Shown here one piece after another: positions 40,523 through 49,964 of a stretch of 64,000 bases of DNA. The notes under the pieces are model-generated. The model did no database searches. It had not been told where the DNA came from and saw only the letters and a list, made by a program, of their open reading frames with translations. The DNA comes from Rhodobacter sp. (GTDB taxonomy: Bacteria > Pseudomonadota > Alphaproteobacteria > Rhodobacterales > Rhodobacteraceae), in NCBI GenBank assembly GCA_027487575.1, contig JAIYDJ010000016.1, positions 43,868-107,867 of the forward strand. The letters are read 5' to 3'. The translations under genes were made by a program, and so were the position numbers. How positions within the stretch are numbered: position 1 is the stretch's first letter; every line of letters starts with the position of its first letter.

Positions 40523-41629
40523 TCAGTTGACCAGGAACTCTGCATGCAGCGCCCCCGCCGCATTGATGCTTTTCAGGATGTCGATCATGTCATGCGGGGC
40601 CACGCCGAGCGCATTCAGCCCTGCAACCACCTCGGACAGGTTGGTTCCGCCGACAATCTCGGACAGGCCGGTCCCGGGGTCCTTTTCAATGTCCGCGGCG
40701 CTGCGCGGCACGACGATGGTTTCGCCCTCGGCAAACGGATTGGGCTGCACGACCACCGGGGCTTCGTCGATCCGAAGGGTCAGGTTGCCCTGCGCGATGG
40801 CGACCCGGCTGATGCGCACGTCCTCTCCCATCACGATGGTGCCGGACCGTTGATCCACCACGACCCGCGCCCGGGTTTCGGGCTCGATGAGCAGCGACTC
40901 GACCCGGCCCAGAACATGGGCAGGCGAGCGCATGTTGGCGGCCGCGATGTCGAGCGACACCGTGCCGGCATCCAGCATGACGGCGACGCTGCGTCCGAAT
41001 TCGCTGTTGATCACCGTCTCGATCCGCCCGGCCGTGGTGAAATCGGGCGCCCGCAGCGCCAGGCGCACGGTGTCGAGTCCGGCAAAGTCGAACTCGACCT
41101 CCCGCTCGACCCGCGCACCCGAAGGAATCACACCCGCGGTCGGAACCCCCTGCACCACGCGCGCCGCCTCGCCCTCGGCCGAGATGCCGCCCGCGATGAT
41201 CGTGCCCTGGGCCACCGCATAGATCTCGCCATCCGCGCCATTCAGCGGTGTCATGATCAGGGTGCCGCCGAGCAGGCTTTTCGCGTCGCCGATGGCCGAA
41301 ATCGTCACGTCGATCCGCCCGCCCGCCCGGGCGAAGGGGGGCAGAGCCGCGGTCACGAAGACGGCGGCCACGTTCTTCGGGCGAAAATCCTCGCCCGCGA
41401 CGTTCACGCCCAGCCGCTCCAGCAGGCTGGACAGGATCTCTTCCGTGAAAGGGGAATTGCGCAGCCCGTCGCCGGTGCCGTTCAGCCCGACGACAAGCCC
41501 GTAGCCCACAAGATCGTTGCCGCGCACGCCGTCGAATTCGACAAGGTCCTTCAGCCGGATCGGGCCCGCACCGGGGGCGGTTGCCGTCATCAAGAGGACC
41601 GCGAGGCAGGTCAGGGTGCGGCGCATCAC
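40523..41629 (-). CDS. flgI: Flagellar P-ring protein FlgI
   Basis: Signal peptide, then IRLKDLVEFDGVRGNDLVGYGLVVGLNGTGD and the C-terminus ILKSINAAGALHAEFLV. Confidence 0.95.
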   Translation of the reverse strand: MMRRTLTCLAVLLMTATAPGAGPIRLKDLVEFDGVRGNDLVGYGLVVGLNGTGDGLRNSPFTEEILSSLLERLGVNVAGEDFRPKNVAAVFVTAALPPFARAGGRIDVTISAIGDAKSLLGGTLIMTPLNGADGEIYAVAQGTIIAGGISAEGEAARVVQGVPTAGVIPSGARVEREVEFDFAGLDTVRLALRAPDFTTAGRIETVINSEFGRSVAVMLDAGTVSLDIAAANMRSPAHVLGRVESLLIEPETRARVVVDQRSGTIVMGEDVRISRVAIAQGNLTLRIDEAPVVVQPNPFAEGETIVVPRSAADIEKDPGTGLSEIVGGTNLSEVVAGLNALGVAPHDMIDILKSINAAGALHAEFLVN

Positions 41630-42624
41630 AGGAAGTTCGCCAGGGACAGCCGCGACATGCGGGACGTCAGGGCGTAAAGCGTTTCCAGTTGGGTCTGCGT
41701 TTCCTGCAGTCTGGAGGCAACTTCGTAACCATCGACGGAAAGAATGTCCGACCTGGCGATCCGCAGCGCAGAGGCCTCGGCCGTGTTGCGCTGTTCCGCC
41801 ATGCCGATCTGTGCCTGTGTCGAGCCGAGCCGTGCGGTCAGCGTGGCCAGTCCGGTCTGCGACGCGACCAGACTTTCGCCAGCTCGTCTGACGATGTCGG
41901 CGCGGCCTTCGGGCCGTCCGGAGAGCAGCCCGCGGTCGAGCAGGGCAGCCATGGCAAGCCCTTTCAGGCTGTCCCGGATCGCCGGATCGGCTGCGGTGAT
42001 GTCCACACGCGCCACCTCGCCTTGCGCGATGGCCAGCCCCGCCAGCGCAACTCCGCCCCGATAGACTTGCCCGTACCCGTCCGCTGCGGAAAACCAGGTG
42101 TCCAGCGCGTCTTCGACCTCGGCCGCGCTTTGCATCCCTGCGGTCAGCGATTGCAGCCGGTCCAGAAGCGCATCCCCGCCCGGCAGCGGTGTCGCCGAGG
42201 TGGCAACCCCGCCAAACAGACTGCGGTCGCCCAAACGCAGGTTCAAGGCGGCGACGGCCGTTTCGAACTTCTGCGCCGCATCCGCGCCAAGGGCAGAGAT
42301 CCGGGACGGTGTGCTGGTGGTTGCTCCGCTCAACAGCGACTGGCCAAGATCCGAGGTCATGTCGGTGATCCTGCCCAGGGCCGCCTGCATGGCGTCAGTG
42401 AAAAGCCCGCTTTCCGCCGTGACTGCGGCGTAGCCTTTCAGTTGCGCCAGAGAGGCCTCGATCCCGGCAAGCGGGCCGAAATCTCCGGCAAGGTGGGCGG
42501 ATGTGTTTTCGGTCACCCCGGTTGTCAGTTCGGTCGACAGGCGCAGGATATCGGACTTCATCGTGCTGGCGCTGCGCGTCAGGGTAACGGATTGGGCGAG
42601 ATCGCCCACCGACAGGATCGACAT
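41626..42624 (-). CDS. flgL: Flagellar hook-associated protein 3 FlgL
   Basis: Flagellin-like termini (N-terminal SDILRLSTELTTG, C-terminal ASRLQETQTQLETLYALTSRMSRLSLANFL). Position between flgK and flgI. Confidence 0.85.
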   Translation of the reverse strand: MSILSVGDLAQSVTLTRSASTMKSDILRLSTELTTGVTENTSAHLAGDFGPLAGIEASLAQLKGYAAVTAESGLFTDAMQAALGRITDMTSDLGQSLLSGATTSTPSRISALGADAAQKFETAVAALNLRLGDRSLFGGVATSATPLPGGDALLDRLQSLTAGMQSAAEVEDALDTWFSAADGYGQVYRGGVALAGLAIAQGEVARVDITAADPAIRDSLKGLAMAALLDRGLLSGRPEGRADIVRRAGESLVASQTGLATLTARLGSTQAQIGMAEQRNTAEASALRIARSDILSVDGYEVASRLQETQTQLETLYALTSRMSRLSLANFL

Positions 42625-42627
42625 GGT

Positions 42628-44082
42628 CTACATCCCCAGCAAAAGTTGAATCATGTCATCGACGGCCTTCACCACCCGCGCGTTGGCGGCGTAGTTCTGC
42701 TCGATCAGCAAAAGGTTCTGCATTTCCTGATCGGTGTCCACGCCGCCTATCAGTTCCATGCTGCGCAGGGATTGTGCCCGTGCCTGGGCATAGCCCGCCT
42801 CGCCATCCGCCGTCAGCCGGTCCGCCGCAACACCCGAAAGCATGTCTGCCGCCAGTGTCGCAAGGCTTCGTTCGCCGGCCATCATGAAGGACGAGGCGGG
42901 GGGGCGCTGTGCGGTCAGGGCGCTGTGCCAATCGGTCAGCAACTGCGCGTTTCCGGCCGATCCGGCGGTGTTCGCGCCCAGCCCGTCACGCAGCCGCCAA
43001 AGCGCGCCCCCCGCCGCCGGATCGGCGGCGGCGTTCAGGCGCAGGCGTTGCGACAACCCGGTTTCCCTTTCCGGATCAAAGGCATTGCCCGCATCGGTGA
43101 ACAGGCCGGGTGCATCCTGACCCCGCGTCAGGTCGAGACCAGTGGCGGCAAAGCGGTCGACCAGGTCGCGCGCGACGGCATCGATCCGGGCCTGTGCTTC
43201 GATGGCGAGGTCGTCGCGCACCTGGAAATGCCCGGCAAGCGTGCCTCCGGCGATCGGACTGCTGTCGCCTGACGTCGCGATCGGCTTGCCGTTCAACGAC
43301 AGACCCGACAGCGCCCCGCCACTGACCATTCCATAGGTGATCTGGCCGACCGGCTGGAACGACAGTTGCGACACCGGCCCTTCGATCAGCGTTGCCCCCC
43401 CGGTGGTAATCAGCGCGATCTGGCCATTTTCGCGTGCCATTTCGCGGACCGGAACGATGGCGGCGATCGAGTCGATCGCCTGCTGCCGTTGATCCATGAG
43501 CGCCGAGGAATCCCGGCCGGTTCCGGAATTGGTGCGGATCAGGCTGTTCAATTCCCCCACTCTGGTCAGGGCGGTGTTCAACTGCCGGATGCTCGTCTCG
43601 ATCGCATCATCGGCAGAGGTGCGGGCCGCCTGGATGTCGGTGGACACGTCGGCCAGATGCGCCACGAGGGCACGGGCGGTATCGGCGACCCGCGACAGAC
43701 GGGATTCGCTTTCTGGCCTTGACGACGCCTCTATCAAGGCGGTGTCTAAGGCGGCAATCCGGCCGCTGAGCGAATGCTCTTCGCCCGGCGTGCCCAGCAC
43801 ACGCTCCAGCCTCGACAGGAAATCCGACCGGGTGCGCTGGTTTCCGGCACCTGAATCGGCCACTCGCCGGTCGCCGATCAGCGCCATGTCGGCGTGGCGG
43901 TAGACCCCGACCACCTCGACCCCCTGACCGATCCCGCCGACCTGACGCGAACTGGTGATCATCTCGCGCCGCCCGTACCCATCGGTCATGGCATTCGCGA
44001 TGTTCGACGAGACGATCTCTGCGGCCCGCGCGTTGGCTGTCAATCCGGACAGCGCCGAAGAAAGTGTGCCTGCGATGGTCAT
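42628..44082 (-). CDS. flgK: Flagellar hook-associated protein 1 FlgK
   Basis: GTLSSALSGLTANARAAEIVSSNIANAMTDGYGRRE at the N-terminus and DQEMQNLLLIEQNYAANARVVKAVDDMIQ at the C-terminus. Confidence 0.9.
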   Translation of the reverse strand: MTIAGTLSSALSGLTANARAAEIVSSNIANAMTDGYGRREMITSSRQVGGIGQGVEVVGVYRHADMALIGDRRVADSGAGNQRTRSDFLSRLERVLGTPGEEHSLSGRIAALDTALIEASSRPESESRLSRVADTARALVAHLADVSTDIQAARTSADDAIETSIRQLNTALTRVGELNSLIRTNSGTGRDSSALMDQRQQAIDSIAAIVPVREMARENGQIALITTGGATLIEGPVSQLSFQPVGQITYGMVSGGALSGLSLNGKPIATSGDSSPIAGGTLAGHFQVRDDLAIEAQARIDAVARDLVDRFAATGLDLTRGQDAPGLFTDAGNAFDPERETGLSQRLRLNAAADPAAGGALWRLRDGLGANTAGSAGNAQLLTDWHSALTAQRPPASSFMMAGERSLATLAADMLSGVAADRLTADGEAGYAQARAQSLRSMELIGGVDTDQEMQNLLLIEQNYAANARVVKAVDDMIQLLLGM

Positions 44083-44097
44083 TCACGCCTCCTGCGT

Positions 44098-45399
44098 TCA
44101 GCGTTTGATGTTGGTGGTTTCCTGCCACATCTCGTCGACGGTCTGGATGATCTTGGCATTGGACGAATAGGCGCGCTGCGTCTGGATCAGCTGGGTCAGT
44201 TCCTCTGCCACATCGGTCGCCGATTCCTCGCGCGAGAAGCCTGCGATCGAACCGGTGGGCCCGTCGCCGGCATCCCACAGGTAGTAGGCCCCCGAGGCGG
44301 GAGACACCTGGAACGTCTGGTTCGACAGCGCGACGAGACCGTTGGGATTGGGCACGTCGATGACCGGCAACTGGTAGATCAGCTTGGAAAATCCCTGATT
44401 GTAGATGGCCAGCAGGTTGCCCTTGCTGTCGACCTCGACCGCGGTCAGCGTCGCCACGCCCGAACCGTTCTTGCTGATGCCGACGGGCGCGAAGTTGTCC
44501 GATAGCTGCGTCATCCCGTCGGGCTTGCCGGTGCGCCCGATGTTCAGCGCGATGGTGCCGCCGGCAACGGCAAGGTCGATCAGCCCGGTGTCGGGGTCGT
44601 AGGCCCCGCCGACCTGGACCCCGACCGCTGCGAGGGTTCCGCCCGCAGCCTGACTTCCGTCGAAGGTCAGCCTGTAGGTTCCGATCACCTGCCCCGAGGC
44701 GGAATCTGTGATCCCCATGGTCCATTCGTTGGACGAACCCGTGGCGGGGACGGTCGGAGTGAAACTGAAGGACAGCGTTTCTGAGGTGCCGAGGCTGCTG
44801 AAATACTCCACCGAAACCGTGCGGGGGCCGTCCGACGCCCCGGCGACCGTCGATGTTGCGGGCAGGTTCACCCCGATGCGCATGCCGGTCGTGGGATTGC
44901 CGGTGTACTGGTTGGAATCGATGCGCACCGGTTGCAGGCCCGTCAGTGAATCGCGCGGATAGGCGGGCATCGTGCCATCCTGATTTGCGGGCCAGGCCAT
45001 CAGGACCTGCCCGGTCGCCGTGCGCAGGATTCCGGCATCGTCCGGCCGGAACGATCCGGTCGTGGCCAGTGCGATCGGATAGTCACCCCCCGCCGCGTTC
45101 AGCGCGTCGATGTTGGTGACCGCCAGAAAGCCCCGCCCATCCACGGCGATGTCGGTGGGGTTCGACGTCGCGATCAGCGGCCCGCGTTCGTCGATGAGCC
45201 TGACGTTGGTCGCCCGGACGCCACCTGCGGAATAGGAGGCCGCCGCCGCCCCGTTCAGCACCACCGAATGAAAGTCGGTCGCGGCGCGCTTGTATCCGTA
45301 GGTCGAGGAGTTCGCGATGTTGTCCGAGATCGTGGCAAGGCGGTTGGCATTCGCCGCCAGTCCGGCAACCCCCGCCGCGAGCGAAGAGGAAATCGTCAT
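44098..45399 (-). CDS. flgE: Flagellar hook protein FlgE
   Basis: MTISSSLAAGVAGLAANANRLATISDNIANSSTYGYKR at the N-terminus and DVAEELTQLIQTQRAYSSNAKIIQTVDEM at the C-terminus. Start at ATG 45399. Confidence 0.93.
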   Translation of the reverse strand: MTISSSLAAGVAGLAANANRLATISDNIANSSTYGYKRAATDFHSVVLNGAAAASYSAGGVRATNVRLIDERGPLIATSNPTDIAVDGRGFLAVTNIDALNAAGGDYPIALATTGSFRPDDAGILRTATGQVLMAWPANQDGTMPAYPRDSLTGLQPVRIDSNQYTGNPTTGMRIGVNLPATSTVAGASDGPRTVSVEYFSSLGTSETLSFSFTPTVPATGSSNEWTMGITDSASGQVIGTYRLTFDGSQAAGGTLAAVGVQVGGAYDPDTGLIDLAVAGGTIALNIGRTGKPDGMTQLSDNFAPVGISKNGSGVATLTAVEVDSKGNLLAIYNQGFSKLIYQLPVIDVPNPNGLVALSNQTFQVSPASGAYYLWDAGDGPTGSIAGFSREESATDVAEELTQLIQTQRAYSSNAKIIQTVDEMWQETTNIKR

Positions 45400-45456
45400 G
45401 AAAAGCGCCTTTCTGCAGCCTTGACGTCTGATGACGGCCAAGATGCGCGCGGCGGC

Positions 45457-45471
45457 TTAAGATCGGCCTAA
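45457..45471. promoter_or_regulatory. CtrA-box-like motif upstream of flgE
   Basis: The plus strand reads TTAAgatcggcCTAA, which is TTAG-N7-TTAA on the coding (minus) strand. It matches 7/8 of the consensus and lies 58-72 nt upstream of the flgE ATG, in an AT-richer patch. Confidence 0.35.
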
Positions 45472-45500
45472 CGGATAAAATCCTATTCAATTGCCCCGGT

Positions 45501-46340
45501 TCAGCGGTCCTTTCGCAACAGGATCACCTCCAGCCTGTTGTTGCGCAGGGCCGTCGGGTCTGCTGTCACCGGCATCCGGTCGGCGTGGCCCGAAATGCGG
45601 GCGATGCGCTGTTCGGGCAACCCGGCAAGGCCCAGCAGCCCCCGCATCGCCTGCGCGCGGGCCGCCGACAGGTCCCACGAGGGATTGTTGATCAGTGTGA
45701 TGGGATACGAGCGGACGTGCCCGTTCACGGCGATGCGGTTTTCGGCAAGCGACAGCACCTCGGCCAGAAGGTCGGCGATGGCGCTGAGTTCGGGCGTGGC
45801 ATCGGCGGTGTCCGCGGCGAACAGCGGCGCCGTGGGAAGATCGAACACCTCGATCACCAGGCCTTCGTCGGTGATGCGGGTTGTGACGTGGCGCATCAGG
45901 CGTTCCATCGTCATGCTTTCGCCGCCCAGCGCGGTCAACTGCTTGTCGATGTCCTGAAGGGCGCGCTGCTCTGTCTCGGCATCCGACGGACCGCCATCGG
46001 AGTTGCCGCGCGCCTTGTCCGCGTCTGTCGGCCGGGCGTCATTCGCCCCGGTGCCGCTTTGCGTCAGGGTCTGTTCCGAAAACACCGAATCTCCGCCGAA
46101 CGCGCCATCCCCGCCGCCTGAAATGCGGTTCACTGGAATGGTCGGATTGAAGTAGTCCGCAATCCCCTTGCGTTGCTTTTCCGTTGTCGCGTTCAGCAGC
46201 CACATCAGCATGAAGAAGGCCATCATGGCCGTCACAAAGTCGGCATAGGCAACCTTCCACGCCCCGCCGTGGTGACCGCCCGCCTGAATGATCTTCTTCC
46301 GCTTGATGATGACTGGCGCGACATTTGACTGTCCTGCCAT
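45501..46340 (-). CDS. motB: Flagellar stator protein MotB (OmpA-like C-terminal domain)
   Basis: GGAWKVAYADFVTAMMAFFMLMWLL is the plug/TM region. The C-terminus SWDLSAARAQAMRGLL...NRLEVILL is an OmpA/MotB peptidoglycan-binding domain. Start at ATG 46340 (ORF open to 46358). Confidence 0.88.
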   Translation of the reverse strand: MAGQSNVAPVIIKRKKIIQAGGHHGGAWKVAYADFVTAMMAFFMLMWLLNATTEKQRKGIADYFNPTIPVNRISGGGDGAFGGDSVFSEQTLTQSGTGANDARPTDADKARGNSDGGPSDAETEQRALQDIDKQLTALGGESMTMERLMRHVTTRITDEGLVIEVFDLPTAPLFAADTADATPELSAIADLLAEVLSLAENRIAVNGHVRSYPITLINNPSWDLSAARAQAMRGLLGLAGLPEQRIARISGHADRMPVTADPTALRNNRLEVILLRKDR

Positions 46341-46450
46341 CACACACCCATGTCTCACACCCAGGTCCGATCATGTATGGACGCGGTGAAGGCCGACTTA
46401 ACATTCTGGATTTTAGCGGGTTTCCCGAAAACCGGAGCCGGCGCCGCCAT

Positions 46451-47026
46451 CTAGACCGAAATTGCACGCCCGAACACAGAGGCCAGCGTGGCCTGTGCCG
46501 CCCTGTATTCGGCCAGCGTCGGACTTCCGGACTTGAGCCCCTTGACGGCGGCGATCAGGGCGGCCGCGAGGGCGTCGGGTGTTCCAAGTCCGGCCGGCAC
46601 GCTGCGCCCTGCGATCCATTCGGCCACCTGGGCCTGAATGGCGGCTTCGCCCTCGGCCGCGATGTCGCCGGCGATCGAGGTGCCCGCATCCATCAACTCG
46701 GCCCCATGCGGCGTGCCCAGAACCACGTCCATGATCTTGCCGTCCTTCGCCCGCAGCACCGCCGTCAGCGTTGCCACCGGATCGTCGGGCGGCGCGCCAA
46801 GGATCTGCTTCACCTCGTGGTTCACGCTGTCGAAAAAGGCGCGGGTCATGTGGCGGAACAAATCCTCCTTGTTGCGGAAATGCAGATATAGGGCGGTCCG
46901 TGACAGGCCGGACGCCCGGGCGATATCATCCATCGTGGTGCGCCGGAACCCATAGGTCGCAAAGGCGGTGAACGCCGCGGTCAGGATTATCTCTTGACGG
47001 TCGGTTTGCGCAGCGTTTGGCCCCAT
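46451..47026 (-). CDS. TetR/AcrR family transcriptional regulator
   Basis: HTH region [44 protein letters not shown]. Start at ATG 47026. Confidence 0.85.
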   Translation of the reverse strand: MGPNAAQTDRQEIILTAAFTAFATYGFRRTTMDDIARASGLSRTALYLHFRNKEDLFRHMTRAFFDSVNHEVKQILGAPPDDPVATLTAVLRAKDGKIMDVVLGTPHGAELMDAGTSIAGDIAAEGEAAIQAQVAEWIAGRSVPAGLGTPDALAAALIAAVKGLKSGSPTLAEYRAAQATLASVFGRAISV

Positions 47027-47061
47027 TCCGCGACCATGCCACGGCTTGCGCGGATCGTCAA

Positions 47062-47095
47062 TTGACACAATGACACGAATCATCCAGTTTGTCAT
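47062..47095. promoter_or_regulatory. Candidate TetR operator / promoter in the TetR-iorA divergent region
   Basis: TTGACA hexamer at 47062. Direct repeat TGACAC-aa-TGACAC at 47063-47076. Inverted repeat ATGACA (47070)...TGTCAT (47090). Confidence 0.25.
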
Positions 47096-47114
47096 GGAAC
47101 CGCGAGGAGTCACC

Positions 47115-47582
47115 ATGCCCATCTCCCTGACCGTCAATGGCAATCCAGCAACCCTCGATCTGCCGCCCGAGATGCCCCTGCTCTGGGCGTTGCGCGAAGG
47201 GTTGAACCTGACCGGAACGAAATATGGCTGCGGGGTTGCCGCCTGCGGGGCCTGCACGGTGCATGTCGGGGGTGTGGCGGTCCGGTCGTGCCAGACGGCG
47301 CTCGGCGATGTGGCCGGGCAGTCGGTGACCACGATCGAAGGGCTGGGAACCCCGGCCGCGCTTCATGCCGTGCAGGCGGCCTGGGAGGCGGGACAGGTCG
47401 CGCAGTGCGGCTATTGCCAGTCCGGGCAGATCATGCAGGCGGCCTCGCTTCTGTCGGAAACGCCGATGCCCACGGATGCCGAGATCGACGAGGCGATGTC
47501 CGGCAACCTGTGCCGCTGCGGCACCTATCCGCGCATCCGCGCCGCAATCCACGACGCGGCGCGCCGCCTGCAGGAGGTCTGA
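47115..47582 (+). CDS. (2Fe-2S)-binding small subunit of an IorAB/aldehyde-oxidase-type molybdenum hydroxylase
   Basis: [16 protein letters not shown] and [10 protein letters not shown]...NLCRCGTY are two [2Fe-2S] Cys clusters. GAGGAG SD-like sequence before ATG 47115. Confidence 0.9.
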   Translation: MPISLTVNGNPATLDLPPEMPLLWALREGLNLTGTKYGCGVAACGACTVHVGGVAVRSCQTALGDVAGQSVTTIEGLGTPAALHAVQAAWEAGQVAQCGYCQSGQIMQAASLLSETPMPTDAEIDEAMSGNLCRCGTYPRIRAAIHDAARRLQEV

Positions 47583-47583
47583 C

Positions 47584-49809
47584 ATGTCGCGCCTTGGCAA
47601 GATCGCCCGCCGCAGTTTCCTGATCGGGTCAGCCGCCATCGCGGGGGGCGTGGCGTTCGGCTGGTACAGCTATGCCAGACCCCATGCCAATCCGCTGCAG
47701 TCGAAAGGGGCCGCAACCCTGACGCCCTATGTCCTGATCGACGCCGATGGCGTGACGATCATCACGCCGCGCGCCGAGATGGGGCAGGGGGTACATACCA
47801 CTCTGGCCGCTCTTGTTGCCGAAGAGATGGACCTGCCCTGGGATCAGGTGCGCGTGGCGCACGGACCGGCGTCGAAGGCCTATTTCAATGCGGGCATTCT
47901 GGAAGAAGGCGTGCCCTTTGCCCCGACCGATACCGGCTGGCTGGCAGAAACGATGCGTGCCGCGATGCACGTGCCGGGAAAGTTTCTGGGGTTCCAGATC
48001 ACCGGAGGTTCCAGTTCCACGCTGGACGCATTTGACCGGATGCGCGCGGCCGGGGCCGTGGCGCGGCGGGCGTTGATCCGGGCGGCGGCGCGGCGGCTGG
48101 GGGTGGATGAAACCGGGCTGAGAACCGAGGCGGGGGCGGTCGTCGCCACCGACGGCACGCGTCTGACCTATGCAGCCCTTGCCGCCGACGCGGCCTCGGT
48201 CGACCTGCCCGACGTCCCTCCCCTGAAACCCCGGTCCGAGTGGACGCTGCTGGGAAAATCGCTGCCACGCACCGATATGCGCGCAAAGGTCACGGGCACC
48301 GCGCTTTATGCGGGGGACCTGCGCCTGCCCGGCATGAAGTTCGCGACGGTGCGGACCAACCCCGGTCTGGGGGCCGACATGATCAGCCACGATGCCACAG
48401 AGGCACTGGCCATGCCCGGTGTCGACCGGATCGTACCGGTGGCGGGCGGCGTGGCCGTGGTGGCTGCCAACACCTGGACCGCGATGCAGGCCGCCGCCAC
48501 GATCACGTTCTATTGGGCCCCGGCCACCTACCTTGCGACCACCGAAGCCCAGATGGCCGAAACCGCCGCCTCGTTCACCGCTGACCGCCAGAACAGCCGC
48601 CTGCGGGATGATGGCGACGTGACCATCGCGCTGACCCAGCCCGCGTTCGAAGCGGACTACACCGTGCCCTGCCTCGCCCATGCGACCATGGAGCCGATGA
48701 CCGCAGCCGCCTGGATGCAGGACGGCAGGATGCAGGTCTGGGCGGGCAACCAGCTTCCGACCCAGATCGTGACGGAAGTGACCCGCCTGACCGGCCTTCC
48801 CGCACAGGCGGTCGACGTTCATACCCTGACAATGGGCGGCGGGTTCGGCCGGCGGGCCGAGATGGACTTCATCCGGCAGGCGATCACGGTCGCGGCCGCG
48901 ATGGCAGGAACGCCGGTCCTGCTGACCTGGAGCCGCGAGGAAGACATGACGCATGACGCCTATCGCCCGATGGCGATGGCGCGGGTCCGCGCGTCCTTGG
49001 CCGATGGGCGCGTGGCCGCGATGGACCTGTCGGTCGCGGCACCGTCCGTCATCGCCAGCCAGTTGGGCAGGCTGGGCTATTCGGTGCCCGGACCTGACGC
49101 GACCATTGTTCAGGGGGCCTGGGAACAGCCCTACGGCTTCCCGAACTACCGAGTGACCGGCTACCGGGTGCCCGACGGTGTACCGGTCGGGTCGTGGCGG
49201 TCGGTCGGCAATTCGCAGAACGCCTTCTTTCACGAAAGCGCGGTCGACGAACTGGCCCATCTCGCCGGGGTCGACCCGCTGGAGTTCCGCCTGTCGCAGA
49301 TGACCCACGACCCCAGCCGCCGCGTGCTCGAAGCGGTGGCCGAGATGTCCGGCTGGGGCACCACGCCCCCCGGCCGCGCCCGCGGGGTTGCGTTCTGCCT
49401 GTCATTCTCGGTTCCCGTCGCACAGGTGATCGAGATCGAACAGACCGCCGCAGGGGTGCGGATGACCGGGGCCTGGGCGGCGGTGGATGTGGGCATCGCG
49501 CTCGACCCGTCGATCATCGAGGCACAGGTGCAGGGCGGCATGGTCTATGGCCTGTCGGCCGCGATCCATGGCGAAATCACCTTTGCCGACGGTCAAGCAC
49601 AGCAACAGAATTTCTGGGACTACGACGCGCTGCGCCTGCACCAGTGTCCGCCCATTAAGGTCCGCATTCTGGAAAACGGGCCCAAGCTGCGCGGCATCGG
49701 CGAACCCGGCACGCCACCCGCCGCCCCGGCCCTTGCCAACGCGATCTTCGCTCTGACCGGCCAGCGGTACCGCAGCCTGCCGCTGCGGCACCACGTGGCC
49801 TTTGCCTGA
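47584..49809 (+). CDS. Molybdopterin-binding large subunit (IorB-like) with Tat-type signal
   Basis: MSRLGKIARRSFLIGSAAIAGG has a twin-arginine motif. 741 aa of xanthine-dehydrogenase-family character (GGGFGRR, WRSVGNSQNAFFHES). Confidence 0.9.
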   Translation: MSRLGKIARRSFLIGSAAIAGGVAFGWYSYARPHANPLQSKGAATLTPYVLIDADGVTIITPRAEMGQGVHTTLAALVAEEMDLPWDQVRVAHGPASKAYFNAGILEEGVPFAPTDTGWLAETMRAAMHVPGKFLGFQITGGSSSTLDAFDRMRAAGAVARRALIRAAARRLGVDETGLRTEAGAVVATDGTRLTYAALAADAASVDLPDVPPLKPRSEWTLLGKSLPRTDMRAKVTGTALYAGDLRLPGMKFATVRTNPGLGADMISHDATEALAMPGVDRIVPVAGGVAVVAANTWTAMQAAATITFYWAPATYLATTEAQMAETAASFTADRQNSRLRDDGDVTIALTQPAFEADYTVPCLAHATMEPMTAAAWMQDGRMQVWAGNQLPTQIVTEVTRLTGLPAQAVDVHTLTMGGGFGRRAEMDFIRQAITVAAAMAGTPVLLTWSREEDMTHDAYRPMAMARVRASLADGRVAAMDLSVAAPSVIASQLGRLGYSVPGPDATIVQGAWEQPYGFPNYRVTGYRVPDGVPVGSWRSVGNSQNAFFHESAVDELAHLAGVDPLEFRLSQMTHDPSRRVLEAVAEMSGWGTTPPGRARGVAFCLSFSVPVAQVIEIEQTAAGVRMTGAWAAVDVGIALDPSIIEAQVQGGMVYGLSAAIHGEITFADGQAQQQNFWDYDALRLHQCPPIKVRILENGPKLRGIGEPGTPPAAPALANAIFALTGQRYRSLPLRHHVAFA

Positions 49810-49835
49810 CCCTATCGGCCCGACCTTCCCGGTCG

Positions 49836-49887
49836 CATTTTCTGCTTCCAAATATCCCACGGGGGTCCGGGGGTGTGAAACCCCCGG
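49836..49887 (+). repeat. REP-like dispersed element, copy B (downstream of iorB-like gene)
   Basis: CATTTTCTGcttccAAATATCCCacGGGGGTccGGGGGtgtgaaaCCCCCGG, with a 7-bp stem CCGGGGG/CCCCCGG. See copy A at 8381-8427. Confidence 0.5.
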
Positions 49888-49929
49888 CGCCGGCACCCGG
49901 GACCAGCGCCGGAGCCGATCACCGGCGAC

Positions 49930-49964
49930 GCCGCCCGGCGGGCCTCGATGGCCCGCCGGGCGGC
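49930..49964. terminator. Perfect 15-bp GC-rich inverted repeat between convergent operons
   Basis: GCCGCCCGGCGGGCC-tcgat-GGCCCGCCGGGCGGC, followed by TTCCTCCTT on the plus strand. It lies 13 nt beyond the hlyD-family stop. Confidence 0.55.
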
